Of a stretch of DNA of 64,000 bases, positions 51,663 through 63,469 are shown piece after piece. The stretch's first letter is position 1, and every line of letters begins with the position of its first letter. The notes under the pieces are model-generated. The model did no database searches. It was not told the origin of the DNA and saw nothing but the letters and a program-made list of their open reading frames with translations. The translations under genes and the position numbers were made by a program. The DNA is taken from positions 468,578-532,577 of the forward strand of contig CAWHXP010000008.1 of the NCBI GenBank assembly GCA_963833425.1. Direction: 5' to 3'. Source of the stretch: an uncultured Methanosarcinaceae archaeon (GTDB taxonomy: Archaea; Halobacteriota; Methanosarcinia; Methanosarcinales; Methanosarcinaceae).

Positions 51663-52478
51663 CTAACAACTCTTCGATCTCAGATCAATAATCTGATTTG
51701 CAACCTCTGCAAGTTGCTCAGGAGTCAGGTTCTCAGCCCTTTTGTCCATCAAATTCTCAGAGAGCTGAGAAATTAATTCTCTAATGTTAGGAATTTTGAG
51801 AATATAATTTGAGTTAAGGATTGCATTTCTTATCTTTTTCCGACGCTGGCTAAAGACTGCTGCAACAAATTTCATGAAAAAGGCTTCGTCTCTTACTCCA
51901 AAAGGTGCTGGCCGTGGAACAATTTTAACTACTGCTGAATAAACTTCCGGTGAAGGCTGAAAGGCTTCTTTTGGGACTTTCATAAGAATAGAAGAATCTG
52001 AAAAATAGTAGGTACCAACAGTTAGACGGGAATAGTCCTTGCAGTTGGGTGCTGAAACCATGCGTGCTGCAAATTCATACTGATACATAAGGATTCCGAG
52101 TTTGAATTTATGATGGAGAAGCTTGAAGGTTATTTCTGAAGAGATGGAATAGGGAAGATTTGAGACGACCTTGTCGAATTCAGGAAAATCAACTTTCAAG
52201 GCATCGCCTGCGACGATATCAATTTTCTTGATATCGTCAAATTTATCATGAAGGACGTTAACCAGAATCGGATCAAGTTCAATGGCAATCACTTTTTTTG
52301 CCTTCTGAGCAAGCCTTTCAGTAAGGTTCCCAACACCGGCACCTATTTCAAGAACAATATCTTCGGACCTTAACTCAGCAGCCGCCACGATTTTGTCCAT
52401 GTAGCATTTATCGACCAGAAAATACTGATCAAAAATACCACCTTTTATGTTATATTTTTCAAGAAGAGAAAGTGCCAG
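51663..52478 (-). CDS. rsmA: 16S rRNA dimethyladenosine transferase
   Basis: VLEIGAGVG and VSNLPY motifs. The frame extends upstream through DQYFLVD to a CTG 8 nt after GGAGG. Confidence 0.93.
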   Translation of the reverse strand: MALSLLEKYNIKGGIFDQYFLVDKCYMDKIVAAAELRSEDIVLEIGAGVGNLTERLAQKAKKVIAIELDPILVNVLHDKFDDIKKIDIVAGDALKVDFPEFDKVVSNLPYSISSEITFKLLHHKFKLGILMYQYEFAARMVSAPNCKDYSRLTVGTYYFSDSSILMKVPKEAFQPSPEVYSAVVKIVPRPAPFGVRDEAFFMKFVAAVFSQRRKKIRNAILNSNYILKIPNIRELISQLSENLMDKRAENLTPEQLAEVANQIIDLRSKSC

Positions 52479-52618
52479 GACTGAAACCTCCTTAATAAAG
52501 CAAATATTTTGATGTGAAAAAAATTAAAGCTGCTTGAATAAAATTGCATGGATAATCAAAACTAAATCTGTATAACCTAAGAATTCTGAACATATTATCT
52601 AAAAAGAATATTCACAGT

Positions 52619-53347
52619 TCACCCTGGCCTCTGACGGCGTGGAAGAGTGGTAAATAGTCTGTATTTAATGAAGTCATCCTTAAGTTCAACTTCGATTCTG
52701 TGGGCAATTACTTTAGCCGGATCATGCAAGCTCGGAATTCTCTCACGGATATCCTGAAAACTCTTAAAGTCTGTTTTTTTTCGTTCATCTATCATGGACC
52801 ACATAAGCTTTTTTCCTATTCCTGGCAAAAGTTCAAGCATATGAAGGCGAGTGGTAATAGAATGAGCATCATTAAAAAATTTCACAAAACGTCCCTCCTG
52901 ATTCCTGACACAAGCTTCAAGAATAAAAGGCATTTCAAGATTGGCACCTGTAGTAAGGTCATTATAACCTATTCTCTGTTTTACGTGGTCTATTTCATTC
53001 CTATCTCCAGGACCGATGTAAATTTTTGACTGGATGTTGGGAATCACACCGTTTTTGGGAACCAACTCCATCAGGGTGAACTTTTGATCTCCTACTGCTT
53101 GGACAAGGGGCTTTTTTTGGAATGTACTAGTACCATCAACTAGCTTTCCATAGGGCAGATAATCTAGAACCCACACATATTCCTCTCTGCCCTGCGAGTT
53201 ATCCAGGGATTTTTCAGACGAATGCGAAGCTCTTTCTGACTGTCTATCTGATTGCGGTCTGCCTGTCGAACGATTGCCGCCACAAAATTTTTCAGAAGCT
53301 GATCTACCAGCATACTGTCTACTTGATTGCGACTTCTCTACTTTCAT
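52619..53347 (-). CDS. DUF655 family putative RNA-binding protein
   Basis: VLDYLPYG, FTLMEL and LELLPGIGKK motifs; conserved position between rpoF and rsmA. Start at 53347 inferred. Confidence 0.9.
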   Translation of the reverse strand: MKVEKSQSSRQYAGRSASEKFCGGNRSTGRPQSDRQSERASHSSEKSLDNSQGREEYVWVLDYLPYGKLVDGTSTFQKKPLVQAVGDQKFTLMELVPKNGVIPNIQSKIYIGPGDRNEIDHVKQRIGYNDLTTGANLEMPFILEACVRNQEGRFVKFFNDAHSITTRLHMLELLPGIGKKLMWSMIDERKKTDFKSFQDIRERIPSLHDPAKVIAHRIEVELKDDFIKYRLFTTLPRRQRPG

Positions 53348-53789
53348 CAGCACCCATCCTATCGCTAAACATGAAATTCTGCAATAGACTGTCTTTTCAG
53401 GGTATGCCAAACATTAACACTGTCAGCTTATTTTAATTCTTCTATACGATTCGAGAACTACACCAATAATCAAACTTCAAACCTTCAACTACAAGTTTTT
53501 TGAAAACTGTGATCTGTAGCAACCAACTCTAGGACCCAGGGTCTCCTGCAGCCTTAAGAATTCGACGTGCTGAATTTGTCATGTAAATATGTTCCTTAAT
53601 GCGTGAAATGCTATAAGTCTCGGAACTCTTCTTTTAAATAATAAGATAGAAACTGCTATATAGCTATTCCCTTTTAATTTTAAAGACTTTTCAATCTTTT
53701 CGGAATCGCAATAATTCATTCTCATTCCCGGCATTAAGCGACTGCAACAACTCAAAAGCCCCTAAAATTAAAAAAGTATAAGATTTTAC

Positions 53790-54143
53790 TTATTCAATAG
53801 TATCAGATATGTAATCAAGGATTTGATCCAGTTCTTCGTTACTCAATGTATACTTTTCTTTTGCATAGATTGATCTGATTTCGTCCCTGGACTGAGGCAG
53901 AATATCTGTGATCCTAACCGCTATTACAGGTTTCATTTTTTCTAGCTTTAGCAGTTTATTAACAAGTTCTCTTGATTTTTTCCCACTGATCTTTGAGAAC
54001 TGATCAGCATGATGCAGGGCTTTTCGAAATACGTATACAACCTCAGTCCCCTGCTCTTTTCGTTCTTCAGCAATCTTAGAAAGTATTTCTTTGACTTCAG
54101 CCAACGTCAATAATTCTTCGTTGAGGACTTCCTTGACTATCAT
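53790..54143 (-). CDS. rpoF: DNA-directed RNA polymerase subunit F (Rpo4)
   Basis: MIVKEVLNEELLTLAEVKEIL..DILPQSRDEIRSIY; synteny with rpl21e. Confidence 0.93.
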   Translation of the reverse strand: MIVKEVLNEELLTLAEVKEILSKIAEERKEQGTEVVYVFRKALHHADQFSKISGKKSRELVNKLLKLEKMKPVIAVRITDILPQSRDEIRSIYAKEKYTLSNEELDQILDYISDTIE

Positions 54144-54960
54144 TGGAATACACTCTTTTTGAGTTAAAAACTTTAGATAATTTCTATTCTCTGCAGAGTG
54201 ATCTATTTCGATCACACTTCGATACTCTAATAATTTCTGACTTCTCCAAGTATTTTCTTCCTGGTTACATTCCGAATACTGCAATATAAACTAGCTTTTG
54301 TTGAAAATATTCGTCATATTACAATTGATCCAGCTTTATCCAGATAGATGAATGCACGAGATAAAACCTTCATTTAACAAACTGTGCTGTTTCAGATAAC
54401 ATTATCCTAATATTGCATCCTGGTTATATATTTAACAAATGATATATAATTACGGATACTTACGAACCTAAGTAAGAACTAGAGTTCTCAAAAGTAGCTT
54501 TTCGTCCCGTCTAGTTTGCATTTTTAGCAGTTTTTTCAAGGAACATCAGTTTGTATCTTTATAATGAACTAACGAATTATTCCCAGTTCTAAAAACCAAT
54601 TATGTTTTTCAAGTAATAATTAATCCTTAAGCCACTCGAAATTATATAACTATGAAAAAGGCGGAAAGAAAAGGAAAAAATTGTTACTATATTTCCTTTC
54701 TTCAGAGTTTTGGATGCCTTTGGTGGTTTATCTCTAAGTGTAAGATCAATGGAAAAATTTTATGATATTTTCATAAGTTTGTTTTTCTCATTTTATGAAG
54801 TGTCTATCTTTACTGGGTTGACTATAATCAGTTAGCAGACTATTAATCCCGCAATTTTCCAATCCTTTAGGCATGAGCAGCATTCGTTAGGTACGATGCT
54901 TGCAGACAGCAAGCCCAAGATAAAAGGACTGTATTTGGAATTTAGACGTCTGGAACGAAG

Positions 54961-55281
<321 letters not shown>

Positions 55282-55505
55282 TCATTTCGTTCTAATAATA
55301 CAGATTTCCTCTTGGTAAAATGTATAAATATGAATAAAATTTTCAGTTAGGCAATTTTTTATTGACTCTCTATATATAATAGACTCTTTATCATCTATTT
55401 GGATTTTAAAAATTTACTAGTATTTCTCGCACCCTTCGACTACAAGAAAACAAAAATCTCGAAAATAATAGAAAATCTCCTGAATAAACCTAATTCAAAT
55501 ATGGC

Positions 55506-56801
55506 TCAGATATCTACATCAATCACATCAAGATCTTCCACAAGTGTATAAATACCTAAAAGCCCACTAAGACTTGGATTTGTTCTACCATCATCTCCGG
55601 AGATAAGCTCTTTTACATACAAACCGCCTTCACATTTGACTATTAAGTAAGCATAACCATCCTCTGTCAATCCATCAAGTTTTATGCTATTCACGTGTTT
55701 CTTCCGAACAATGTCAGCCCGCCTGTGAACTACACGTCTTGGAGTCTGTTGGTAAATCTCTGTATTGCTCAGAGACTCAAGACAGACTTTAAGCTCTTTC
55801 TCTGAAACAGGTTCCTTAAATGTAACTTTAAGCTTATAAGTTTTATCCGCTTTTAAGCTTTTTAGGTTTTCAATTATATTTTTTCCGACGAAAGAAAGCT
55901 CTCTTACATAAATTTTTCCGTCAGCTTTATCGTTAATGTTTTTCATAAGCTCTTCAAGATTTGTGCTGCGCTTTTTAGGAGATTTTGCTTCCACTATAAA
56001 AGGCCTGCCTTTTCCAAGCATAAGGGCATCTATATCTTCCCTACCCGAGCCGTGGAAAGCTGTATCAATTGCCTGGAAAGCTTCAATAACTGGACCTTTA
56101 ATCAACTCGTCTACAGATTCAGGATACTGTTTTCCGGTATAAATACATCTTTCACAGCCTTCGCCCTTACATTTCCTGCAAGGCCAGCGTGTCTGTGGGA
56201 TCCCTCGTACCATTTTGCAGTAGCGACTACGAATATATACAGAGCGAATCTGAAGCTCAAGATCGCTTTTTGCAATGTCAAGGACGATTGTAATATCGGG
56301 GTTTTTCAAATCCACATCTTTTTGAACTTTTTCGGCAATCCTTTTGCCTACTTCTCTGTTAAACTCTGTCTTAAGCTGTTCAGCATACAAAGTCCCTGCC
56401 TCAGCCCAGAGAAGTTCTTCGTTTTCATTCAGAAGCCCACTAACCTTTGTGCCCACAAGGAATGTAGAATACTCAAGGCCTTCAAGAGCCTTTACAGCTT
56501 TATCTGCCCATACATCTAACTTTTTGAATTGGTCGAGGCAGACCCAGCATTTCTCGTCTTCACCCTCTGTTCCAAGAGTATTCCTAGCAAATACACTGCA
56601 ACAGGAAAGTTCCTTTAGAAGATAATCATCTTTTTCACTTTTGTAAGCACGATCTCCTTCCAGAACAAGGGCGAGTTTTAAGGCCTGACCACGTTCTTTG
56701 TTACTCAAGCCAGTTGATAACTTTGCAAATTGGCGGCCAAGACAATGATCACATATAGGGCCTTCATGTATAATCTTTTTTGAAATTTCAAATACATCCA
56801 T
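55506..56801 (-). CDS. pus10: tRNA pseudouridine(54/55) synthase
   Basis: CDHCLGRQF, GSGREDIDALMLG.GRPF, QQTPRRV and GGLYVKELISGD motifs. Confidence 0.96.
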   Translation of the reverse strand: MDVFEISKKIIHEGPICDHCLGRQFAKLSTGLSNKERGQALKLALVLEGDRAYKSEKDDYLLKELSCCSVFARNTLGTEGEDEKCWVCLDQFKKLDVWADKAVKALEGLEYSTFLVGTKVSGLLNENEELLWAEAGTLYAEQLKTEFNREVGKRIAEKVQKDVDLKNPDITIVLDIAKSDLELQIRSVYIRSRYCKMVRGIPQTRWPCRKCKGEGCERCIYTGKQYPESVDELIKGPVIEAFQAIDTAFHGSGREDIDALMLGKGRPFIVEAKSPKKRSTNLEELMKNINDKADGKIYVRELSFVGKNIIENLKSLKADKTYKLKVTFKEPVSEKELKVCLESLSNTEIYQQTPRRVVHRRADIVRKKHVNSIKLDGLTEDGYAYLIVKCEGGLYVKELISGDDGRTNPSLSGLLGIYTLVEDLDVIDVDI

Positions 56802-57040
56802 TTTCTTTCACTCTCTTTATACTCCTATTTGGAGAATAGACATGGAGCGTATATTATGGGAATAAAAAATAAATTGAAGGCAAGAAAGCACGCTCTGAAG
56901 ATGAATGCCTAAGTTACACTATTCGGAAAGGTGAATATCCCGAAAGATACATTGAGTAACCTTCTATCCTCATACAGATAAATGGGATATAGCCTTTTGC
57001 ATTGAAGCAAATCAAAAATTATAAATTATTCATCATCCTT

Positions 57041-57661
57041 TCAATCAGTTCCTCTTGTTGATCCCTTTCTTGTTGATTCAGCTCGGTCCAACTCGTTATG
57101 GACAAGGGTTATGCAGTGATCAGAATGAAGGGAAATCGGGCCTATTGAAATAATTTTTGCCCCTGCTTTAAGGATCTGTTCCTCTTCTTCTTCGGTAACA
57201 CCTGCATGATCTCCCAGAATAAAAATTGGATCCCGGATTTCACTGACAAACTCTCGAACATCCTCCCCATCCTCTCGAAGGTAAAGTAAGGTTCTTCCTT
57301 CAAACTCTAAGAGCATGGATTTGAGATCTCCCCTGCGAATCCAGACACCTGGAGTGGAACGGGTATATTGCTCGATTGTATTCTTCTGAAGGGCTTTCTG
57401 GATAAGCGAACCGCTGCTTCTTTCATCGGGATTAAGGTACTTTAGGTTAAGCCCTTCAAATCTGATTATTTTCCCTGGATCAGGATCCCCTAAAAGAAGC
57501 AGATTTACATTCACATCCCTTCGTATTTCGAAAGAGATAAATAGGGCAGAGCTTACACAGCGACAGAGAATATCCATCCTTCCCGCAGAACCGGGAAGGT
57601 CGTTTAAAGAAAAATCTCCATTTGTTTTCGCCTTATGTCCTATGATAACGATATCTCGCAT
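57041..57661 (-). CDS. trmY: tRNA (pseudouridine54-N1)-methyltransferase
   Basis: DLPGSAGRMDILCRC, PDERS and FILGDH (SPOUT) motifs. Confidence 0.95.
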   Translation of the reverse strand: MRDIVIIGHKAKTNGDFSLNDLPGSAGRMDILCRCVSSALFISFEIRRDVNVNLLLLGDPDPGKIIRFEGLNLKYLNPDERSSGSLIQKALQKNTIEQYTRSTPGVWIRRGDLKSMLLEFEGRTLLYLREDGEDVREFVSEIRDPIFILGDHAGVTEEEEEQILKAGAKIISIGPISLHSDHCITLVHNELDRAESTRKGSTRGTD

Positions 57662-57935
57662 GGGCGTTATATTTACGTAGGGGATATAAAAGATGTATGA
57701 TGCTCAAAGCAAGCAAAGATTAAGAAATTGTGAGCTAAAAACATTGAATTAAAAACTTGGGAGCGGGATTATGTAAATAGGACTAAACGCCTTATTTTCT
57801 GTGAAATCACAACTCTCAATAAGTTATTTGGTAGAAGAATTCCACATCTAAAGAACCCAATGGCACACAGCACACAAAAACTTGATTTTGAATTTAGAGC
57901 AAAATTGCAATATTATTTATACAGAAGGGATACGG

Positions 57936-58592
57936 ATGAAGATACTAGCCATTTCTGACCTCCATGGGGATTATTCGAAAATAGAGAAAATAATGGAAAC
58001 AGCTGGAGACTTTGACATTGCTATGATTGCAGGAGACATCACTCACTTTGGACCTGATGCGAAGGTCAAAGAATTGATGAAAATGTTTGATAAGCCTGTG
58101 CTTGCAATTCCAGGGAACTGCGACCAGAAAAGTATTCTTAAAGCGCTCGACATCTCAAAAGCTATAAACATGCATGGTAAACTTGAACAGATCGGAAATA
58201 TCCAGTTTATAGGACTAGGAGGCTCAAACTTCACTCCTTTCAATACCCCCTTCGAACTCTCAGAAGAAGAGATAGAAAGTGTCCTTGAAGAAATGATCTA
58301 CGCCGCCGAAAATACAGTAGATAGTGGATCGATAGTGCTTCTTACTCATGCCCCTCCTCATGGAGTCAGAGATGAGCTTCCCATGGGGCATGTGGGCAGC
58401 AAAGCCATCCTAAAATTCATTGACCGAGTGGACCTGATAATCTGTGGACACATCCATGAGGCGAAAGGCAAGGAAAATATTGGAACGACTATGGTGGTAA
58501 ATCCTGGAGAAGCCTGCAAGGGTTCCTATGCCCTTATAACTATCGAAGATGCAAAAAACAAACCCATTGAAGTTGAATTAAAAGAAGTATAG
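57936..58592 (+). CDS. Calcineurin-like metallophosphoesterase
   Basis: SDLHG, AGD, PGNCD, THAPP and GHIHE motifs. Confidence 0.93.
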   Translation: MKILAISDLHGDYSKIEKIMETAGDFDIAMIAGDITHFGPDAKVKELMKMFDKPVLAIPGNCDQKSILKALDISKAINMHGKLEQIGNIQFIGLGGSNFTPFNTPFELSEEEIESVLEEMIYAAENTVDSGSIVLLTHAPPHGVRDELPMGHVGSKAILKFIDRVDLIICGHIHEAKGKENIGTTMVVNPGEACKGSYALITIEDAKNKPIEVELKEV

Positions 58593-59201
58593 AATAAACA
58601 AGTTTCAATCAAATTAACACGTTTGACCAAACTTCGGAGTAACAATTATGATTTTTCAAAGGTCTATGTGTACAAGGATCCTTTATCCGTTTCAGTGGCT
58701 ATCTTAATTCGCGTTCATACATTGTACTCCATAATTATATTTTTGGTTAAATTACTCAATAATTTATCCTTACTTACACTATAATTGAGTCGTAGACTTA
58801 CTACGCCGCTAACTTTGTTAGCATTCTTTATTTGCATAAAATTATATTCTTCACAGTAAAAGTTAATACTCAAAAAATTTTTGAAAGTTTGTTTGTCGTA
58901 AATTACATGCTCATCTCCGTTATTCATGAAATGCAAAGTTGAACGAAGAAAAACATGGAAAAAAACTGAAGGAAATAAGAGCTTCTGCTGTACTTACTTT
59001 CATTCTCTTTTTCGAGATTTATACAATACCAGACGACTTAAATGTGAATATTTAAATCACAAAATGCATTTTTTTAGAGTGGTAATTAACTTGACATTGT
59101 CAAATTAACTCATGTTTGCAGATTTTTCGACTCAATTTCAGGCTAATTTTTATTATTTTGAAATTTTTTCATCTATTTTTTTCTATTTTCATTCTAAGTC
59201 A

Positions 59202-59294
59202 TAGAGGATTTAGATAAATCCCTGAAGTATGGTATATGATTGTAAATTGCATATAAATGACTCGTGAAAATCGGAGGTTTATTGAAATTCTCTA
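59202..59294. mobile_element. ~93-bp MITE with IS5-like TIRs
   Basis: tagaggatttagataaatcc ... ggaggtttattgaaattctcta; the ends match the IS at 8912-10045 and are flanked by TA. Confidence 0.75.
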
Positions 59295-60181
59295 TATAAT
59301 CGGACCATAACCATGGATAAAGTTGTTTAATCCCATACGTATCATATCCTTGTCAGGTTTGGGGCTACCTCTGAAAATGATGCAAAAAATAAAATAACTT
59401 CACAGAGGAGCAACGATTTAGAGAATTAAACTAAAAAAGGCGAAAGTTCACATCAGACCTAACTTAAAAAGACGTTGTACTCGGATTTTTCAGCACTTCT
59501 AAAATAGTATATTTGTACGATACTTTATTCAAAAACCATTCGATATCTTGTCTCGTAGACGCAATAATTTGCATGCTGAAGTCCGGTTTCATATTATTAA
59601 GGTAACTTAAAATACAAATCAGTTGGTGAATCTCGATTTTCGAGAAGTTCCTATTTTTCCAAAAAGCTGCATGGTATCCACTAAAACAAAACAGAAAATA
59701 TTGAAAATGACATAACTGTCATCTTTTCCAATGTTGGGGAAATTCGACTCTCTTGATCCGGATTATCTGTTGGAATACAACATTACCCTTGCATACAGAC
59801 GCAATGATGTGAATCTACTTCATCTATGTATTTCCCTCCTCAGCTTAAAGGCAGAGGCAAATGTTGTATAAATAAGCAAATGTAATTCTATAAAATAGAA
59901 CACAGTGACTTACGTTACGAAGAATACTTAGAAAAAAGATGCTGGGATAATGAGATTTATGCAAATTGACCAAAATTTTAAAAGTTTTATAAAGTCCTTA
60001 CTATTATGCACCAATAACAATATAATATATCCAATATATAGTTATGTTGCTATCAGTATTATGCAATCTAAAAAGAACTAAAATCTTTTATAAAAATTGA
60101 AAGTCGTTGAATGAAAATATATGAATGATGGGGAAAAGATGCGATTATGTGAGTGTTCTTGGAAAAAAGGGGTAGTCTGAG

Positions 60182-61123
60182 ATGGGATATCGCCATGTTG
60201 ATACTTTAAGTCCTGGGAACCCTTTCAGAGACTGGCTTGTGGAAGAAGTTGTTGGATCCTGCCTCCGGGATAAAAGATGTTTAGTTGATGTCTTTAAGTA
60301 TGATTCCTCTCATACAGTCTGCAGGTATCAGTTCAAAGGAGAACACTTGAGCGTAATAGCAAAATTTTTTTCCGAGCCCACAGGAAAGATGAGAGATTAT
60401 AACCCTTATAAAGGAATGATGAATGAATACAGAAACCTGAAAAAAGCAGGTCGCACAATAAATGTTGCAAAGCCTCTTGCAATCAATAAAAAGTTCAATT
60501 GTGCCCTCGTAACTGAGCACATACCGGGAAAGTCCCTACGTTGGTATATTAAGCATGAAAAAGGACTATACGAACGGCTCGCTTCAATTGGCCATATGCT
60601 CAAGAGACTTCACGAGAATACCCTGTCTTCCTACAATAAGGAAAATGAATTTAGAAATTATCATGAAGTATTGAATCATCTGGAACTGAGAAATAATATC
60701 AGAGAAAGTTTTAATCAGTTGCTTGGAGATTGGTGGTATAGTTCATGGCTTGATAGGGCGCATGGATGCATGATTCATAGAGACGCTACTCCTTCCAATT
60801 ATCTATTTTGCAAAGATAAACCTTATGCACTTGATTTTGAAAGCTCCTGGTCAAATGCCCATCCTGTCAGAGACCTTGGAATTCTTAGTGCAGAACTTAA
60901 AAATGATTTTGAACTGCATAAAGGTGGAGGAGAGAGAGCCGAACCTTACATTGGAAAATTTCTATGGGAATATAGCAAGGATAAAAATGACTTCTTCCAA
61001 ATTACAGAAGTTTTACCTTTTTTTATGAGTTTAGGATTACTTCGTTCTGCTCGGCTCCACCAAAGCAGTTACAGAAATTATCTAATCAAAGAAGCGCTAA
61101 AGTGTTTAAAGTCAATTAATTAA
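60182..61123 (+). CDS. Aminoglycoside-phosphotransferase / kinase-like protein
   Basis: IAKFF, HRDATPSNYLF and LDFE kinase-fold motifs. Confidence 0.85.
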   Translation: MGYRHVDTLSPGNPFRDWLVEEVVGSCLRDKRCLVDVFKYDSSHTVCRYQFKGEHLSVIAKFFSEPTGKMRDYNPYKGMMNEYRNLKKAGRTINVAKPLAINKKFNCALVTEHIPGKSLRWYIKHEKGLYERLASIGHMLKRLHENTLSSYNKENEFRNYHEVLNHLELRNNIRESFNQLLGDWWYSSWLDRAHGCMIHRDATPSNYLFCKDKPYALDFESSWSNAHPVRDLGILSAELKNDFELHKGGGERAEPYIGKFLWEYSKDKNDFFQITEVLPFFMSLGLLRSARLHQSSYRNYLIKEALKCLKSIN

Positions 61124-61537
61124 ATGTTAAGAGATTTTTTAATATCTTGTGTTATTGCCGGATTTGCTATTAATTCCTTGCACACAGCTAAATAAATTCA
61201 AATTCTAGTGTATTGTAGTGGATACGATTCACAATTACTATTTGCAAATCCACAATACTGAATTTTCGATAAGCTGTTACAAAAAAGTGAAATCAAGATT
61301 GATGGATGAATTTTTTTCGTGTAAAACTTTGAGAAAAAAATTGAAACTAATAAGAGTATTCATTTGATATTACATCAAAACAGAATTCCTTGAAACACAG
61401 AGAAAAACCCTCTATGATAACTTGTCCATGCATCTAGCTGGTATGAAGACTATGCGACGGATAAAATAGAGATTCGATAGCAATATAGCAGTTTACAGGA
61501 GCATTTTCATTTTCAAGTTATTTCATTTCAAGTTATT

Positions 61538-62338
61538 TTATTCTCTGTATTTCTCGATATCATAAATTCTTACAGAAAGCCGCTCGTATTGATCATACAA
61601 TTCTTTTCCCCAGGCCAAAGCATCCTGCTCAAGGCTAATTATATACTTCCGGTCAAAAGTAGCTTCTTTCGGGAAAAGGACCATCGCCATGAAGTTATCT
61701 GCAGCTGTGATAGCCGGAACTTTTTCATAATCAGTGCCAGCAAAAAGTTTAGTATTTCCCATTTTTATAAATTTCTCGGTTTGTTCCTTGTGATCTTCAA
61801 TCCATTTTTTCAGGATTAATTTTTGAAGAATGAGAGATACAAATGTTCCCTTTTCGGCAATTTCAAGATAAAAAGAAGGAAATAAAGGATGAAAGTAAGA
61901 AATTGTAGCTTCCAGAATCTTTGCTTTTTTAGCATTCATAACGTATTCTGGGTTCATCTCGAAAATGTTATCTGGTTTAGGTTCGGTTATGATTAAGTTC
62001 CCAAGCTCATTGATTCGGCTGATTAGATGTGCTGGGATCCGGGTCATATCTCTCTCAAACCAGTAATTGGTATTTTTTTCCAGAAAAGAAAGAGTGGCTA
62101 ACAGGGGTTTCATTTGCATAGCCACTATTTTCCCTATTTCGCTTAGATTATAAAGATTTTTTTCTTGGACTACAAGGTTATGTTCTTTGAGCATTTTTAT
62201 TTGCGGCTGGATAGATGTTGCACTGGCATTAAGAATCTTTTTTATGGTATCTATTGTCATTGGCTTTTCGAGCAACAGGAGAATAACATTCTGTCTTTTC
62301 TCAGAGAGTAATATTATATCAAGTAAAAAATTTTTCAT
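61538..62338 (-). CDS. Winged-helix transcriptional regulator with DUF1724-like domain
   Basis: LSEKRQNVILLL..IQPQIKMLKE..YNLSEIG; ALAWGKELY; typical Methanosarcina family. Confidence 0.85.
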   Translation of the reverse strand: MKNFLLDIILLSEKRQNVILLLLEKPMTIDTIKKILNASATSIQPQIKMLKEHNLVVQEKNLYNLSEIGKIVAMQMKPLLATLSFLEKNTNYWFERDMTRIPAHLISRINELGNLIITEPKPDNIFEMNPEYVMNAKKAKILEATISYFHPLFPSFYLEIAEKGTFVSLILQKLILKKWIEDHKEQTEKFIKMGNTKLFAGTDYEKVPAITAADNFMAMVLFPKEATFDRKYIISLEQDALAWGKELYDQYERLSVRIYDIEKYRE

Positions 62339-63064
62339 ATATTGCACCTGAACTGGAAACCCATAAACGAAGGTATTTTTGAAATTTGTCGGTAAGAAGA
62401 TTCTGATGAATATAATATATATACTTTTTTATTAATAAGAACTTATACATTTTTTTACTTATGAAAGCTTGGAGGTTAGTTCTGTTGTTTGTACTTGGTG
62501 TAGTTCAAAATAATTGTTTTTTTCCAGTTATAATCTTTTTCTCAATAGTTACAAGAAAATATAATATATCGGGGCTACAAGTTGATTAAAATATTTAAAA
62601 TAACAGCTTCATAACTTCGTTTTTCTCGGAGATTATTTATCAAATAAAAATGAAGTAGCTTACAGAGACTGCAGATACTTTTGAGAAAATTCAAAAGGCT
62701 ATGATGTAACAATTAAAAAAACGAAAAAGAATGTCCTATCGCAGTGATTGAGATATTTAGGAGCAAGAGAATCAGTTCAAATAGACCCACAAATCAAAGA
62801 ATAAAGAGCCCAAAAATAGGTCCAATACAGAAATCAATGAGGAAGATTTGGATTGGGTTCTCGCGAGGAAAAAATTAGAACTAAATCGGAATACTCTATT
62901 TTGTATCGATATTTATGTACCAACAATATGTGATAGTTTGACTGACTATAGCCATTGCTAAAGCGATTCAATTCCATTATTTATCACATTTCAGTTAGAA
63001 GTGGTAGCATCACCTTTGAACATGATTCAAAAACTAGCTCATCTGAAAATAAGCGATTATTTAG

Positions 63065-63155
63065 AGTGATACACGAAAACAAATGATTGAGGAGTCACTT
63101 CATCCCTGATCTAGAGGACGGATATGTGTGACCCTCAGTACTCTCTAGATAAATG
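63065..63155 (+). mobile_element. IS200/IS605 right-end remnant
   Basis: cacttcatccctgatctagaggacggatatgtgtgaccctcagtactc resembles, from recall, Methanosarcina IS200/IS605 ends (TTCATCCC hairpin followed by GTGACCCTC). Confidence 0.5.
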
Positions 63156-63469
63156 AATTTTAGAAAATGTTTTTCTACAGAGAAAGTACTTGAATCGGTA
63201 AAAGTTCCTACTATTTGCTTCACAAAGATTAAATTATACATATACAGTTACTCATTCTTTTGCTGCAGAAGGGAAACGTGACAAACTAAAAATGATTTAT
63301 CAATGTGCATTTTACTCCATTCATGTAACATTCATCCAAAAAAGTAATATCTTGTAATTATATACAGGAATACTACAATCTTTTCCGTTATTTATTATTT
63401 TATTATAAAAAGTTATACTAGTACTCTCAAAAATATGAGATATACTTTAAAGTTTCTGGAAGGGTTTGA

